From: an uncultured delta proteobacterium
GTDB taxonomy: Bacteria; Myxococcota; Myxococcia; Myxococcales; Myxococcaceae
NCBI GenBank assembly: GCA_963771175.1
Contig: CAVYSY010000054.1
Coordinates: 96,001 to 160,000, forward strand
Direction of reading: 5' to 3'
Length of the DNA: 64,000 bases
A model generated the notes under the pieces. It had not been told where the DNA came from. It ran no database searches and worked only from the letters and a program-made list of their open reading frames with translations. The translations under genes and the position numbers were made by a program. This document shows positions 20,070 through 30,833 of the stretch, piece after piece. Numbering within the stretch: the stretch's first letter is position 1; each line of letters starts with the position of its first letter.

Positions 20070-22560
20070 GTGCCGAGCAACCAGGCCTCTTCCCGGCAGG
20101 GGAGGGCGCGAGCGGAGCGGTACTCGCACCCCGGCTGGAAGGGCGGGTGCTGGTGGTCGATGACAACGGAGGCCAGGCGGTACCTCGTCACCCAGACGCT
20201 GCGCATGGCGGGCATGGAGGTGCTGGAGGCGGTGAGCGGCCAGGAGGCCCTCGCGGTGATGGCACAGCGGCCGTGGTGGTGCTCGAGGTGCGCCTGCCGG
20301 ACATGAGTGGCTTCGAGGTCTGTCGCCAGCTCAAGGCCTTGCCCGCCACCGCCGCCATCCCCGTCCTCTACATCTCGGACCTGCTGCAGGACGAGGAGCT
20401 GGAGGCGCGGCTGTTCGACGATGGCGCGGACGGCTACATCCCCCAGCCCATCGAGCCGCAAGCACCTGGTGGCGCAGACGTGGGCCCTGGTGCGGATGCG
20501 GCGGGCGAGCAGGCCCGACAGCGCGAGCGCGAGGAGGCCCAGGCCGAGCGGGAGCGGCTCCAGCGCGAGCTGGACGAGGACGCAGTCGCAGGCGCGGCGG
20601 CTCACCGAGTCGCGGCGTGGTGGGCGTCTTCTACTGGAACATGGACGGCGCCATCCTGGATGCCAACGACACCTTCCTCTGCCATGGTGGGCTACACGCG
20701 CGAGGACCTCGCGAGAGGGCCGGCTCGACTGGCGGAAGATGACGCCACCGGAGTGGGCGGCGGCGGGATGACCGGTGTCATCGAGGAGCTGCGCGACCGG
20801 GGCGTGGGCGCGCTCGCGGACAAGCAGTACTTCCGCAAGGACGGCCCGGGTGGACGTCATCCGGGGAGTCGCGGCGTTCGAGGGTGACCCGAATCGTGGC
20901 GTGACGCTGGCGGTGGACATCACCGCGCGCCGGGAGGCCGAGCGTCGGCTGAAGCAGCTCATGGGCGAGCTGGAGTCCAGCGAGGCCCGGCTGCGCCTGG
21001 CGCTGGAGGGCGCCGCGCTCGGCACGTGGAGCCATGACTTCGCCACCCGGGAGACCCACTGGGATGCGCGTGCCAGGGAGCTGTTCGGGCTGTCTCCCGA
21101 GGCACCCGTGGACCTGGACGTGTGGCGTGCGGGGGTGCACTCGGAGGATTGGGAGCGGGTAGCGGCGGTGGCCCGGCGCGCGCTGGCCGGGAGGACGGTG
21201 GTTGCTTCGAGGCCGAGTACCGGACGGTGGGGCTCCAGGATGGCGGCGTGCTGCGGTGGATTGCCTCGCGGGGCCGGGTCTTCTTCGACACGGAGGGGCG
21301 GGCGCTGCGCTTCCTGGGCACCTACCTGGACATCACCGAGCGCAAGCTGGCCGAGCAGCGCGCCGCGGAGCTGCAGGCCACCACGGCCGCCTTCGCGCAA
21401 CGCGCTCACCCCGGGGGAGGTGGGCCATGCGCTGGTGGAGCACGGGCTGAAGTCCCTGGACGCCTACGCGGGCGCCGTCAGCATGGTGGAGGGCGAGCAG
21501 CTCCGTCTGCTCAGCCAGTTCGGCTACCCCGCCAGCTTCCCCCGGGACTACCACTTCGTCCCGCTCCGCCGCGTCGTGCCCTCCACCGTGGCGGTACTCG
21601 GGGGGCAGCACCGTCGGGTGCCAGTGCTCGGACTCCTTCGAGCGCGAGTGGCCCGAGTTCAGCCAGGACGTCCGGGGCAGCCGGGGCCGGTGCTGGTTGA
21701 GCACGCCGTTGAAGGTGGGGGAGCGGGTGGTGGGAGTGCTGGGGCTGAGCTTTTGCACGCCACGCCGCTTCAGCGCGCGGGAGCTCGCGCACCTGGATTC
21801 ACTCGGCGAGCTCTGCGCCCAGGCCCTGGTGCGCGCCCGGCTCTACGAGGAGGAGCGGCGGGCCAAGGAGGAGGCGCGCCGCCGCGCGGAGCTGGAGCAG
21901 CAGTTCCTCGGGATGGTGAGCCACGACTTGCGCAACCCCCTGCGGCCTATTCGCTGGGCGCGCACGCTGCAGCGCCTGGAGCGGCCCTCGCCGGAAGCGC
22001 GTGATGCGCACGGCCACCCGCATCGGGACGAGCGCGGACACGATGGGGCGGATGGTGTCCGACCTGCTCGACTTCACGCGCGGGCGGCTGGGCGGAGGCC
22101 TTCCCCTGGAGCGCCAGCCGAACGACCTGGTGCTCCTGTGCCACGAGGTCATCGACGAGTTCTCGGTGACACACCCGGGCCAGGAAATCCGACTGGAGGG
22201 AGACTCGCGGTGCGAGGGGTGGTGGGACGGACCTGGCATGCGGCAGGTGCTCTCCAACCTGCTGTCCAACGCGCTGAGGCACGCGCGGGAGGGGACGGCG
22301 GTGCGCGTGAGGGTGAGGGGCTCGGTGGAGGAGGTGGAGCTGTCGGTGTCCGACGAGGGCGAGCCCATTCCGCCGGAGCTGCTGCCGGTGCTCTTCGAGC
22401 CGTTCCGTCGGGGCCAGCTCGAAGTTCCGGCCAGCGGGGAGCCTGGGGCTGGGGCTCTCATCGTGCACCAGGCGGTGGCGGGGCACGGCGGGAAGGTGGA
22501 GGTCGCCACGGGAGCGGCGGGCACCACCTTCACGGTGCGTGCCGCGCGGGGCGTCATCGA
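20070..22560 (+). CDS. Hybrid sensor histidine kinase REC-PAS-PAS-GAF-HisKA-HATPase (many indels, ends approximate)
   Basis: VLVVDDN/LPDMSGFEV receiver, DITAR and DITERK PAS ends, SHDLRNPL H-box, NLLSNA, DEGEPIP. Confidence 0.82.
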
Positions 22561-24272
22561 GCGCGGGCGCGCGCCGGAGGGGGAGGAACTCGGGCCGCCA
22601 CATCTCGGCCTCGAGCAGGGCCTCCAGGTCCGCGGGCAGCTCGCGCGTGGCCACTCCGTCCTTCTGCGCCTGGCGGATGACGGCCATGGCCACCTGACGG
22701 CTCGCCGCGCGAATCCGGTCCATGCGCGGGTACAGCGCGCCCTGCGCCAGCCGCGCCCCGTCCGTGTAGTCCGCCAGCGCCAGCGACGCCGCCGTCAGCA
22801 TCCCGTCCGTCACCCGCTTCGCCCGCGTCAGCAGCACGCCCAGCCCCAGTCCCGGGAAGATGAAGGCGTTGTTGCCCTGGCCCACCGGGTGCGGTGTCCC
22901 GTTCCACTCCACGTCCTCGAAGGGGCTGCCCGTGGCCACCATCGCCTTGCCGTCCGTCCACCGGTAGATGTCCGCCGGCACCGCCTCGCTGTTCGCCGTC
23001 GGGTTGCTCAGCGCGAACACCACCGGGTACGGCGTGTTCGCCGCCACCGCCTTCACCACGTCCTCGCCGAACGCCCCGCGCTGCCCGCTCAGGCCCAGCA
23101 GCACCGTCACCTTCGCCTCGCGCACCGTCTCCAGCAGGCTGGGAATCGAACCCTGAAGCTTCCAGCCCGCCACGCGCGCCGGCTCCTGCGCGAGCTCCAG
23201 CTTGTACGGCTCCAGCCCCTTGCGGTCCTTCAGGATGAGGCCCTTGGAGTCGATGAGGTAGATGCGCTCGCGCGCCTGCTGCGTGCTCAGGCCCCTGCGC
23301 TCCAGGCCGCGGACGATCTGCCGCGCCACGCCCACGCCGCCCGGCACCCGCGCCGTTCACCAGGTACACCTGCTGTCCGAGCGTCGTCTGGCTGCGCCGC
23401 GTGGCCGTCAGCAGGCCCGCGAGCACCACCGCGCCCGTGCCCTGGACGTCGTCATTGAACGAGGGCAGCTCGTCCCGGTACCGGTCCAGCACGTCGAAGG
23501 CCTTCTGCTTGCTGAAGTCCTCCCACTGCAACAGCACGTGGGGGAAGCGCTGCTTGAGCGCCATCACGAAGGTGTGGATGAAGTCGTCGTACTCCTGGCC
23601 CTCCATGCGCGGGCGCTTCACGCCCAGGTAGAGCGGGTCGTCGAGCAGCTCCTTGCGGTTGGTGCCCACGTCCAGCTCCACCGGCAGCGTCACCGCCGGG
23701 TCGATTCCCGCCGCGGCCGTGTACAGCGACAGCTTGCCGATGCAGATGGCCATGCCGCCGAAGCCCTGGTCTCCAATCCCGAGAATCCCCTCGTTGTCCG
23801 TGGCGACAATCAGCTGCACGTCCGGGAAGGGCGTGTGGGCCAGCAGCGAGTCGATTTCTCCGATGTTCTCCGGGTTCACCACCAGCCCGCGCGGGTAGCG
23901 GTAGATGCGGCTGAACTGCTCCACCGCCTGCGCCACCGTGGGCGTGTAGATGATGGGCATCATCTCCTCGATGTGCCGGTTCACCAGGGCGTAGAAGAGC
24001 ACCTCGCTGCGGTCCTGCAGGGCGCGCAGGAAGACGTGCTTCTCCAGGTCCGAGCGGAAGGAGCGGAAGTTGGCGTAGGAGCGCTCGAGCTGCTCGTCCA
24101 GCGTGGACACGTGCGTGGGCAGGAGCCCCAGCAGGCCGAACTCGCGCCGCTCCTCCAGGCTGAAGGAGGTGACCTTGTTGAGCAGGGGCAGGCGGGTGAG
24201 CACCAGCCCGGACAGGTGCGTCTCGAGGTAGGGGCGGCCGTTGGCGTCGAGCTTCTTCTCGTACTGTTTCAT
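22554..24272 (-). CDS. maeA: NAD-dependent malic enzyme (frameshift about 23340)
   Basis: PIIYTPTV, ILGIGDQG, LDVGTN, QWEDF, FNDDVQGTG, ALSNPT, ATGSPF, GQGNNAFIFPG. Confidence 0.95.
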   Translation of the reverse strand: MKQYEKKLDANGRPYLETHLSGLVLTRLPLLNKVTSFSLEERREFGLLGLLPTHVSTLDEQLERSYANFRSFRSDLEKHVFLRALQDRSEVLFYALVNRHIEEMMPIIYTPTVAQAVEQFSRIYRYPRGLVVNPENIGEIDSLLAHTPFPDVQLIVATDNEGILGIGDQGFGGMAICIGKLSLYTAAAGIDPAVTLPVELDVGTNRKELLDDPLYLGVKRPRMEGQEYDDFIHTFVMALKQRFPHVLLQWEDFSKQKAFDVLDRYRDELPSFNDDVQGTGAVVLAGLLTATRRSQTTLGQQVYLVNGAGAGRRGRGAADRPRPGAQGPEHAAGARAHLPHRLQGPHPEGPQGAGAVQAGARAGAGARGGLEASGFDSQPAGDGARGEGDGAAGPERAARGVRRGRGEGGGGEHAVPGGVRAEQPDGEQRGGAGGHLPVDGRQGDGGHGQPLRGRGVERDTAPGGPGQQRLHLPGTGAGRAADAGEAGDGRDADGGVAGAGGLHGRGAAGAGRAVPAHGPDSRGEPSGGHGRHPPGAEGRSGHARAARGPGGPARGRDVAARVPPPPARARAR

Positions 24273-24494
24273 GGGGGAAACTTCGTCTCTGGAATGTCTT
24301 GGGGGGAGGGACGATCCTCTATCGACTCGTCGGGCACGTCGCCAAGCGCCCTCACCAGGCAGGCATAAGCCGTGGAGCAGGTCTCCCATGCGTCGGGGGC
24401 GTGACTCCTCGCGCCAACGCGACGCGTCACCGAGCGTCACCCGAAGGCGATTGACCTCCCAGGTCCAGAGGCAGGCGCGGTAGCGTGCCGCGTC

Positions 24495-25056
24495 ATGGCA
24501 GAGACGCAGCAGCTCATCTTCAGTCACAGTCTCCAGGGCCTGATGTCGCGCGCGTTCCCGGGGGGCGTGCCTCCGGAGCTCAAGGCGAAGTGGCGCACGG
24601 AGGGGGTGGACCTGGACCGGCCGTTGTTGCCCGCCTACCCGCGCGAGACGTGGGCCCGCTTCATCGCGCTCGGCGCCCAGCAGACCTTCCCCCTCGAGCC
24701 CCGGGAGCTGGCCTGGCGCAAGATGGGCGAGCGCATGGTGGACGGCTACCAGGAGACCCTGATTGGCCGCGCCATGTTCTCCACGCTCCGGCTGCTCGGG
24801 CCGCGGCGCAGTGCTGCAGCGCAGCCAGAAGAACTTCCGCTCCGGCAACAACTACACCGAGGTCCGCCTCACCGACGTCTCACCCACGGTGGTGGATGTC
24901 TGGTTCAACGAGACGGACGACGTGCTGCGCCACTTCACCGTGGGGCTGGTGCTCGCGGGCATGCGCGCCGGCGGCGCCGTGGAGCCCCAGGCGGACATCC
25001 ACCTCGCCGACTCCCAGGGCTTCACCATCCGTGCCTCCTGGAAGGAGAAGGCCTGA
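24495..25056 (+). CDS. DUF2378 (TIGR02265) myxobacterial family protein (frameshift about 24810)
   Basis: GVDLDRPLLPAYP, GERMVDGYQETLIGRA, NFRSGNNY. Confidence 0.85.
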
Positions 25057-25059
25057 GCC

Positions 25060-25275
25060 GTTGCAACCCTGCGGGCCTCCATTCCCGCCTCGCTGGTGGC
25101 CTCGGCGCCCTCGGGCAACGTGGCGACCGTCGTCGTCACCAACCCGGCGCCGGGCGGTGGCGCCTCCGCCGGGGTGTCCTTCGGGGTGGCCACGAAGGCC
25201 GTCTCGCTGGCCAGTGACGTGCAGCCCCTCTTCACCGCGAACTGCGCGACGGCCGGGTGCCACAACACCACCATC
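25060..25275 (+). pseudogene. Orphan internal fragment of an Ig-like + c-type heme domain protein
   Basis: VVVTNPAPGGGAS followed by VSLASDVQPLFTANCATAGCH; no credible start, ends at a tandem repeat. Confidence 0.5.
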
Positions 25276-25311
25276 GCAGCACTCGGAGCCGCTGCAGCAC
25301 TCGGAGCCGCT
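25276..25311 (+). repeat. 18-bp tandem duplication
   Basis: GCAGCACTCGGAGCCGCT x2. Confidence 0.9.
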
Positions 25312-25353
25312 GGAGCCGGAGGAGGGGCGTCCCCTCTTCCGCGGGTGGAGGAT

Positions 25354-25390
25354 TGTCCGAAAAAGGGACGGACTGTCCGAGATAAGGACA
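25354..25390. promoter_or_regulatory. Tandem enhancer (bEBP UAS)-like sites
   Basis: TGTCCGAAAAAGGGACG and TGTCCGAGATAAGGACA, 20-bp period, upstream of -24/-12 box. Confidence 0.6.
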
Positions 25391-25522
25391 CTCCACCGCC
25401 GTTCCGGAACGTCAGGGCGTTTTACATTCCGCCGCGCCCGGAATTGTCGATACGGGCTAAAATCTCTCTGATTTCGAGAGTTTAAGGCTCCAGCGCCTGC
25501 GCAGGACTCACGGGGCTCCGGG

Positions 25523-25539
25523 TTGGCAAGGCTCTTGCT
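25523..25539 (+). promoter_or_regulatory. Sigma54 (-24/-12) promoter
   Basis: TTGGCAAGGCTCTTGCT, GG-N10-GC spacing exact. Confidence 0.75.
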
Positions 25540-25609
25540 CATTAGGCACGAGCTTCCCGGCAAGCAGGGTTTCCGAGATTTTCCCCCGCCGGTATCCGAG
25601 GTGCGACAC

Positions 25610-27106
25610 ATGAGCCGTATCAACTGGAAGTCGACGATGCTCGCCGCTGCGCTGGTGCCTGCCATGGCGCAGGCCGCCGATGGCCGTTTCATCATCCAGT
25701 TCAAGGAGGGCCACGCCAACGGCCGCGCGGTGGTGGAGTCCCTCGGTGGCTCGGTGAAGCTGGAGATTGCGGGCACGAGGGCGGTGGCCGCCGTCCTCCC
25801 GGAGAAGGCGCTGCAGGGCCTGAAGAACAACCCGGCGGTGGAGTTCATCGAGGAGGATGCCAAGCGCTACCCGATGGCGCAGAGCACCCCGTACGGCATC
25901 GACATGGTCCAGGCGCCGCTCGTGTGGAGCGGGGGCACCACGGGCGCCGGCCGCAAGGTGTGCATCATCGACTCCGGTCTGTACCTGGCCCACGAGGACC
26001 ACGCGGGCACCACCAAGTCCGTGACCGGCTACCCCGCCGGCTGGAACACCGACAAGTGCCACCACGGCACGCACGTGGCGGGCACCATCGCCGCGCTGAA
26101 CAACTCCACTGGCGTGGTGGGCGTGCTGCCCAACGGCGTGGACCTGCACATCATCAAGGTGTTCGGCGATGACTGCGCCTGGACCTACGCCTCGGGCCTG
26201 GCGGACGCGGCCAACCGCTGCGTGAGCGCGGGCGCCAACGTCATCAGCATGTCGCTGGGTGGTGGCGCCAAGAACCGCACCGAGGAGACGGCGTTCAAGA
26301 ACGCCTTCAGCAGTGGCGTGCTCTCCATCGCCGCGGCGGGCAACGGTGGCAATGCCACGCTGAGCTATCCGGCCTCCTACCCCATCGTCGTCTCGGTGGG
26401 TGCGGTGGACAGCGCCAAGAACATCGCCTCCTTCTCGCAGTACAACAACCAGGTGGACGTGTCCGCCCCCGGCGTGGGCGTGCTCTCCACGGTCGGCGCC
26501 AAGCAGGACAACCTCCTCACTGTCGCTGGCTCCACCTACTCGGGTGGCTACGTCGATGGCGCGGCCCGCACGGCGGGCGTGACGGGCGCGCTGGCCGACG
26601 GCGGCCTGTGCGACTCCGTGGGCGCCTGGGCCGGCAAGGTCGTCCTCTGCCAGCGCGGCACCATCGCCTTCAATGACAAGGTGGTGAACGTGAAGGCCGG
26701 TGGCGGCATCGGCGCGGTCATCTACAACAACGTGGCGGGCGGCTTCGCCGGCACGCTGGGCACGGGCGTCACCAGCACCATCCCGGCCATCTCCCTGAGC
26801 CTCGAGGACGGCCAGGCCATCATCGCCGCCGGTGGCATCGGCCAGTCGGCCACCGAGGTGAGCTCGGTGACCGACCCGGGCAGCGGCTACGAGCTCTTCG
26901 ATGGCACGTCCATGGCGACCCCGCACGTGTCCGCGGTGGCGGCCCTCATCTGGAGCTACAAGCCCACCTGGACCCCCGCGCAGATCCGCGAGGCCCTCGA
27001 GAAGACGGCCGAGGACCGCGGCGCGGCTGGCCGTGACAACTACTACGGCTTCGGCATCGTTCGCGCCCAGGCGGCCCTGGACTACCTGAAGGCCACCTAC
27101 CCGTAA
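25610..27106 (+). CDS. Secreted S8 subtilisin-like protease with propeptide and PA domain
   Basis: Signal peptide AQA, IIDSG, HGTHVAG, AAAGNGG, GKVVLCQRG (PA), GTSMATPHV. Confidence 0.96.
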   Translation: MSRINWKSTMLAAALVPAMAQAADGRFIIQFKEGHANGRAVVESLGGSVKLEIAGTRAVAAVLPEKALQGLKNNPAVEFIEEDAKRYPMAQSTPYGIDMVQAPLVWSGGTTGAGRKVCIIDSGLYLAHEDHAGTTKSVTGYPAGWNTDKCHHGTHVAGTIAALNNSTGVVGVLPNGVDLHIIKVFGDDCAWTYASGLADAANRCVSAGANVISMSLGGGAKNRTEETAFKNAFSSGVLSIAAAGNGGNATLSYPASYPIVVSVGAVDSAKNIASFSQYNNQVDVSAPGVGVLSTVGAKQDNLLTVAGSTYSGGYVDGAARTAGVTGALADGGLCDSVGAWAGKVVLCQRGTIAFNDKVVNVKAGGGIGAVIYNNVAGGFAGTLGTGVTSTIPAISLSLEDGQAIIAAGGIGQSATEVSSVTDPGSGYELFDGTSMATPHVSAVAALIWSYKPTWTPAQIREALEKTAEDRGAAGRDNYYGFGIVRAQAALDYLKATYP

Positions 27107-27156
27107 TCGCTGTCACCCCCGAGTCGCCCGGTCTCCTGTGGACCGGGCCTCTCACC

Positions 27157-27195
27157 CACCGCCTCGGCCTTTGCTGGCCGGGGCGGTGTCGTTTC
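27157..27195 (+). terminator. Intrinsic terminator-like hairpin
   Basis: CACCGCCTCGGCC-TTTGCT-GGCCGGGGCGGTG then TCGTTTC between convergent genes. Confidence 0.65.
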
Positions 27196-27225
27196 GGCGG
27201 TCCCTCGGAGGGGGCCGCGCGGCGC

Positions 27226-27930
27226 CTACTTCGGCGGGGGGGCGTACAGCTTCTCGGCGCGGTGGAAGAGCACCCACGAGGTGATGATGTACTTGTCGTT
27301 GGACTCCGGCTTGTTGCCCCGGTGGGTGTGGGTGAAGCCGGCGGGGAAGATGAGCATGCGGCCGGCCTTCGACTGCACCTTCTTCTCCTGGTAGTAGAAC
27401 TCGGTCTCGCCGCCCCCGGGCACGTCGTTCAGGTAGAACTGGAACGCCAGCACCCGGTGCAGCGGCTCGCAGGCCGCGTCCTTCGGATACACCTCCGAGT
27501 GCCAGTGCGGGTAGCCGCCGATGCCCTTGAGGTACTTCTGGATGGTGAGGTCACCGTAGCGGTAGAGGTGGCCGACGAGCTGGTCGAAGAAGGGCTCACC
27601 CACCTCCTCGAAGTTCTCCCGCGAGAGCGTCACCACCTGGCCCGTCTTCGGGTGCTTGGCCGACATCGCGACGGCGCCAATCAGGCTGTAGAGGTACTTG
27701 CGCAGGTAGCTCTTGAGCGGGGGAAACGAGGCATCCAGCAGGCGGAACAGCAGCTGCTGGTACTCCGGATGGAGGTTGAGCGTGAGGTCGTAGCTGTCCT
27801 TCTTGGTGGTGTCGATGCCACCGCCCGTTCGGCCCCGCTGCACGTGGGGGCTCTTCTCGAACAGCTGGATGATCTCCTGGCACTGCTTGGGTGACAGGAC
27901 GTCGTCGTGGACTTCGATGAAATCGGTCAT
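27226..27930 (-). CDS. 2OG-Fe(II) oxygenase
   Basis: WHSE, FYLNDVPGGGETEF, IFPAGFTHTHRG, KYIITSW. Confidence 0.9.
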   Translation of the reverse strand: MTDFIEVHDDVLSPKQCQEIIQLFEKSPHVQRGRTGGGIDTTKKDSYDLTLNLHPEYQQLLFRLLDASFPPLKSYLRKYLYSLIGAVAMSAKHPKTGQVVTLSRENFEEVGEPFFDQLVGHLYRYGDLTIQKYLKGIGGYPHWHSEVYPKDAACEPLHRVLAFQFYLNDVPGGGETEFYYQEKKVQSKAGRMLIFPAGFTHTHRGNKPESNDKYIITSWVLFHRAEKLYAPPPK

Positions 27931-28008
27931 GGAGGGTGGGGGGGAGGCAGGTGGGCCAGACGATATAAGATGGTGGCCACGGAGAGGATCCCCCCACCAG
28001 GCGACGCT

Positions 28009-28470
28009 TCAGCGGAGGGAGAGGAGCTCCACGTCGAAGATGAGCACCGAGTCGGGCGGGATGCTGCCGTTGCCCGCCTTGCCGTAGCCCAGGTGGGAGG
28101 GGAGGACGAGCCGGCGCTGGCCGCCGACCTTCATGCCGGCGAGCCCCTCGTCCCAGCCCTTGATGACGTTGCCCGCGCCGAGCACGAACGAGAAGGCGCG
28201 GCTGTTGTCGCGCGAGGTGTCGAACAGGGTGCCGTCCGGGAGCCAGCCGCTGTAGTGGACGATGAGGGTGCGGCCGGAGGTGGCCTCCTCGCCGGTGCCT
28301 GGCTCCAGGTCCTGCGTGTAGAGGCCGGAGTCGCTGCGGGTCATCGCGTTGAGGTCCACGCCCAGCGCGGGCGCGTACTGCACCTTCGTCGGGTCTCCCG
28401 AGTCCGGGTTGCCACAGGCGGAGAGGAGCAGCGGCAGGCAGGCGGAGAGGAACAGGAGGAGTCGGCGCAT
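28009..28470 (-). CDS. FKBP-type peptidyl-prolyl isomerase lipoprotein
   Basis: LSAC lipobox, VHYSGWL, VIKGWDEG, IPPDSVLIFDVEL. Confidence 0.95.
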   Translation of the reverse strand: MRRLLLFLSACLPLLLSACGNPDSGDPTKVQYAPALGVDLNAMTRSDSGLYTQDLEPGTGEEATSGRTLIVHYSGWLPDGTLFDTSRDNSRAFSFVLGAGNVIKGWDEGLAGMKVGGQRRLVLPSHLGYGKAGNGSIPPDSVLIFDVELLSLR

Positions 28471-28534
28471 GAGGAGAGGCTCTCTCTGGAGTGAGGGGAG
28501 TGCGAGCGTAACAGGGGCGTGGTGAGAGGGAGCG

Positions 28535-29317
28535 CTACTGGCGCGGACCGCCGCCCGCCCACTGGTAGCCCACGGTGGCGCCCGAGCCGATGAAGCCCAG
28601 CGCGATGTACTTGCGCACCAGCATGAGTTGGTCACTGTTGCCCACCATTTCCTCCAGCAGCCCGTGGATGGCCACGCCGAGCAGCATGCCCACCGCCGCG
28701 CCCCCCAGTGCTCCGAGGAACGCGTCCCCCCGGTTCTGGCTGCCATCGAAGGCCAGCTCGCCCAGCCCCCAGGTGCCCAGGGCCGCGGCGGGGGGCGTCA
28801 GCGCCAGGCCCACGCCAAAGACCGCCACGTCCAGCTCCGCCCAGCGCCCTCCCGCGTTCGCCGGCTGGAGGAACAGCAGCCCTCCTGTCAGCGAGCCCAC
28901 GACGCTCCCGGCCGCCGTTTCGGCCGCCGTCACCCACAGCCGCTCTCCCTCCATGCGGCTCGCCCCGTACACACCGCCGAGCGGCACCAGCGAGGCCGTC
29001 CCGTACGCCACCCACGCCCCGGCGGAGATTGGCAGGTCCGCCGCCACCTGTGGGGGCGTGTTCGCGGGGCTCGGGGCGGGGGCCGGCTCGACCTTCGGCG
29101 CCTCCGCCTTCGGAGCGGGCTCGACCTGGAGGGCCAGGAGCTCGATGCCCTGGGAGGGCAGCAGGGACAGGGCGACGGGGACTCCCCGGGCCCGCGCCGC
29201 CAGGGGCCCCTCGTGGGAATCGGAGAGGGGACGGCCCCGCGCGCACGGCGCCTCGAGCACGGTGCCGAGGAGCATGAGGGACGCCAGGTGGGAGAGTAGG
29301 GAGGCGGACAGGTGCAT
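28535..29317 (-). CDS. Hypothetical Gly-rich membrane protein
   Basis: Several hydrophobic GxxxG segments; fills gap between FKBP and PLD genes. Confidence 0.6.
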   Translation of the reverse strand: MHLSASLLSHLASLMLLGTVLEAPCARGRPLSDSHEGPLAARARGVPVALSLLPSQGIELLALQVEPAPKAEAPKVEPAPAPSPANTPPQVAADLPISAGAWVAYGTASLVPLGGVYGASRMEGERLWVTAAETAAGSVVGSLTGGLLFLQPANAGGRWAELDVAVFGVGLALTPPAAALGTWGLGELAFDGSQNRGDAFLGALGGAAVGMLLGVAIHGLLEEMVGNSDQLMLVRKYIALGFIGSGATVGYQWAGGGPRQ

Positions 29318-29474
29318 GGTGTCTTCGCGGGTAGGGATGGGCCCGCGGACGCACTCCGTCCACCGGGACACCCTCCTCGGCACGTACCAGCGGACAGTGG
29401 ACGGACGGCACTGTCCACGGTTGGACGGAGCGCTCGGGACAGTCAGCCGTGAGGCGCGTGACTAGCTTTCGCGC

Positions 29475-30728
29475 GTGAGGAATCCGTGGCCGCTGCTGGT
29501 GCTCGCCCTCCTGCTGGTGGGCTGTCCCTTGCCGAATCATCGGCATGCGCTGCGCATCCGCGACGACGTGCCCGAGTCGCCCGAGGGGATGTCGCTGGCC
29601 TGGTACCAGACGGTGGGCGTGGAGCTGGAGCCGGGCAATCAGGTGGAGCTCGTCCACAACGGCCACGTCTTCGACGTGCTCGAGCGCGAGATTCGCGCCG
29701 CCCGCTCCAGCATCCACATCCTCGTCTATATCTGGCGTCCGGGAGACCCGTCGGATCGGCTCATCCGGGCGCTGCGCGAGCGCCATCCCGGAGTGGCCTG
29801 CCGCGTCCTCGTGGACCCGCTGGGCAGCATCCGCTTCGAGGACGACGTGGCGCCGCAGCTCGTGGCGGCCGGCTGTGAGGTGCGCATCTTCCGCTCGCTG
29901 CGGGGCACCATCGCCACGCTGGACCTGAAGCGCATCCAGGCGCGGCTGCACCGCAAGATCGTGGTGCGCGATGGCGTGGCCGGCCTCACCGGGGGCTGGG
30001 GCATCTGGAAGAGCTGGGAGGGCGACGGGCGCAAGCCGGGCGAGTGGCGCGATGCCAACATCTGGCTCCACGGGCCGGCGGTGCGGGGGATGCAGCTCGC
30101 CTTCGCGCAGAACTGGCAGGAGGCCGGTGGAAGCCTGCTCCCACCCGACGTCTTTCCCGAGCCCATCCCCGCCGCGGGCCAGGTGCGTGCCGGCTTCGTC
30201 ACCCACACGGCCGCGCCCGTGCTCACCAACGCCGAGCGGATGACGCTGCTGGCCATCGCCTCGGCGAAGAAGCGGCTGTGGATCTCCAACTCGTACTTCA
30301 TCCCCACCGGCCCCATCCAGGACATGCTCATCGCCAAGGTGAAGGCGGGAGTGGACGTGCGGGTGCTCACCCCCGGGCGGCACCACGACATCCCCCCGGT
30401 GCACGAGGGCCAGCGCGCCACCTACGCGCGGCTGCTGGAGAACGGCGTGCGCATCTGGGAGTACGAGGTGTCGATGATGCACTCCAAGACCATCCTGGTG
30501 GACGAGCGGCTGTCGATGGTGGGCTCGACGAACCTGGACCCGCTGGCGTTCAGCGCGGAGGAGGGCTCGCTGGTGGTGGACGACCCGGCGCTGGCCGCGC
30601 AGCTCGCCCGGGACTTCGAGGAGGACGTCCAGCACTCGGTGGAGATCCGCTGGGACTCGTGGCGTCGGCGCGGCCTCATCAAGCGACTGTCGGAGCGGGT
30701 GGCGGTGCTCATCGGCCGATACCTCTGA
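29475..30728 (+). CDS. Cardiolipin synthase-like phospholipase D lipoprotein
   Basis: Two HKD motifs (HRKIVVRD, HSKTILVD), GSTNLD, LVGC lipobox. Confidence 0.92.
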   Translation: MRNPWPLLVLALLLVGCPLPNHRHALRIRDDVPESPEGMSLAWYQTVGVELEPGNQVELVHNGHVFDVLEREIRAARSSIHILVYIWRPGDPSDRLIRALRERHPGVACRVLVDPLGSIRFEDDVAPQLVAAGCEVRIFRSLRGTIATLDLKRIQARLHRKIVVRDGVAGLTGGWGIWKSWEGDGRKPGEWRDANIWLHGPAVRGMQLAFAQNWQEAGGSLLPPDVFPEPIPAAGQVRAGFVTHTAAPVLTNAERMTLLAIASAKKRLWISNSYFIPTGPIQDMLIAKVKAGVDVRVLTPGRHHDIPPVHEGQRATYARLLENGVRIWEYEVSMMHSKTILVDERLSMVGSTNLDPLAFSAEEGSLVVDDPALAAQLARDFEEDVQHSVEIRWDSWRRRGLIKRLSERVAVLIGRYL

Positions 30729-30833
30729 CGCCCGCCCGCCCCGGGGGCCCCGGTTGCTGGCCGGGACATCCTGGCGTACAGGCAGCGGGCGATGATGCCG
30801 GGCGCCTTCCAGGGAGCGAGCAGGCGGAACACC

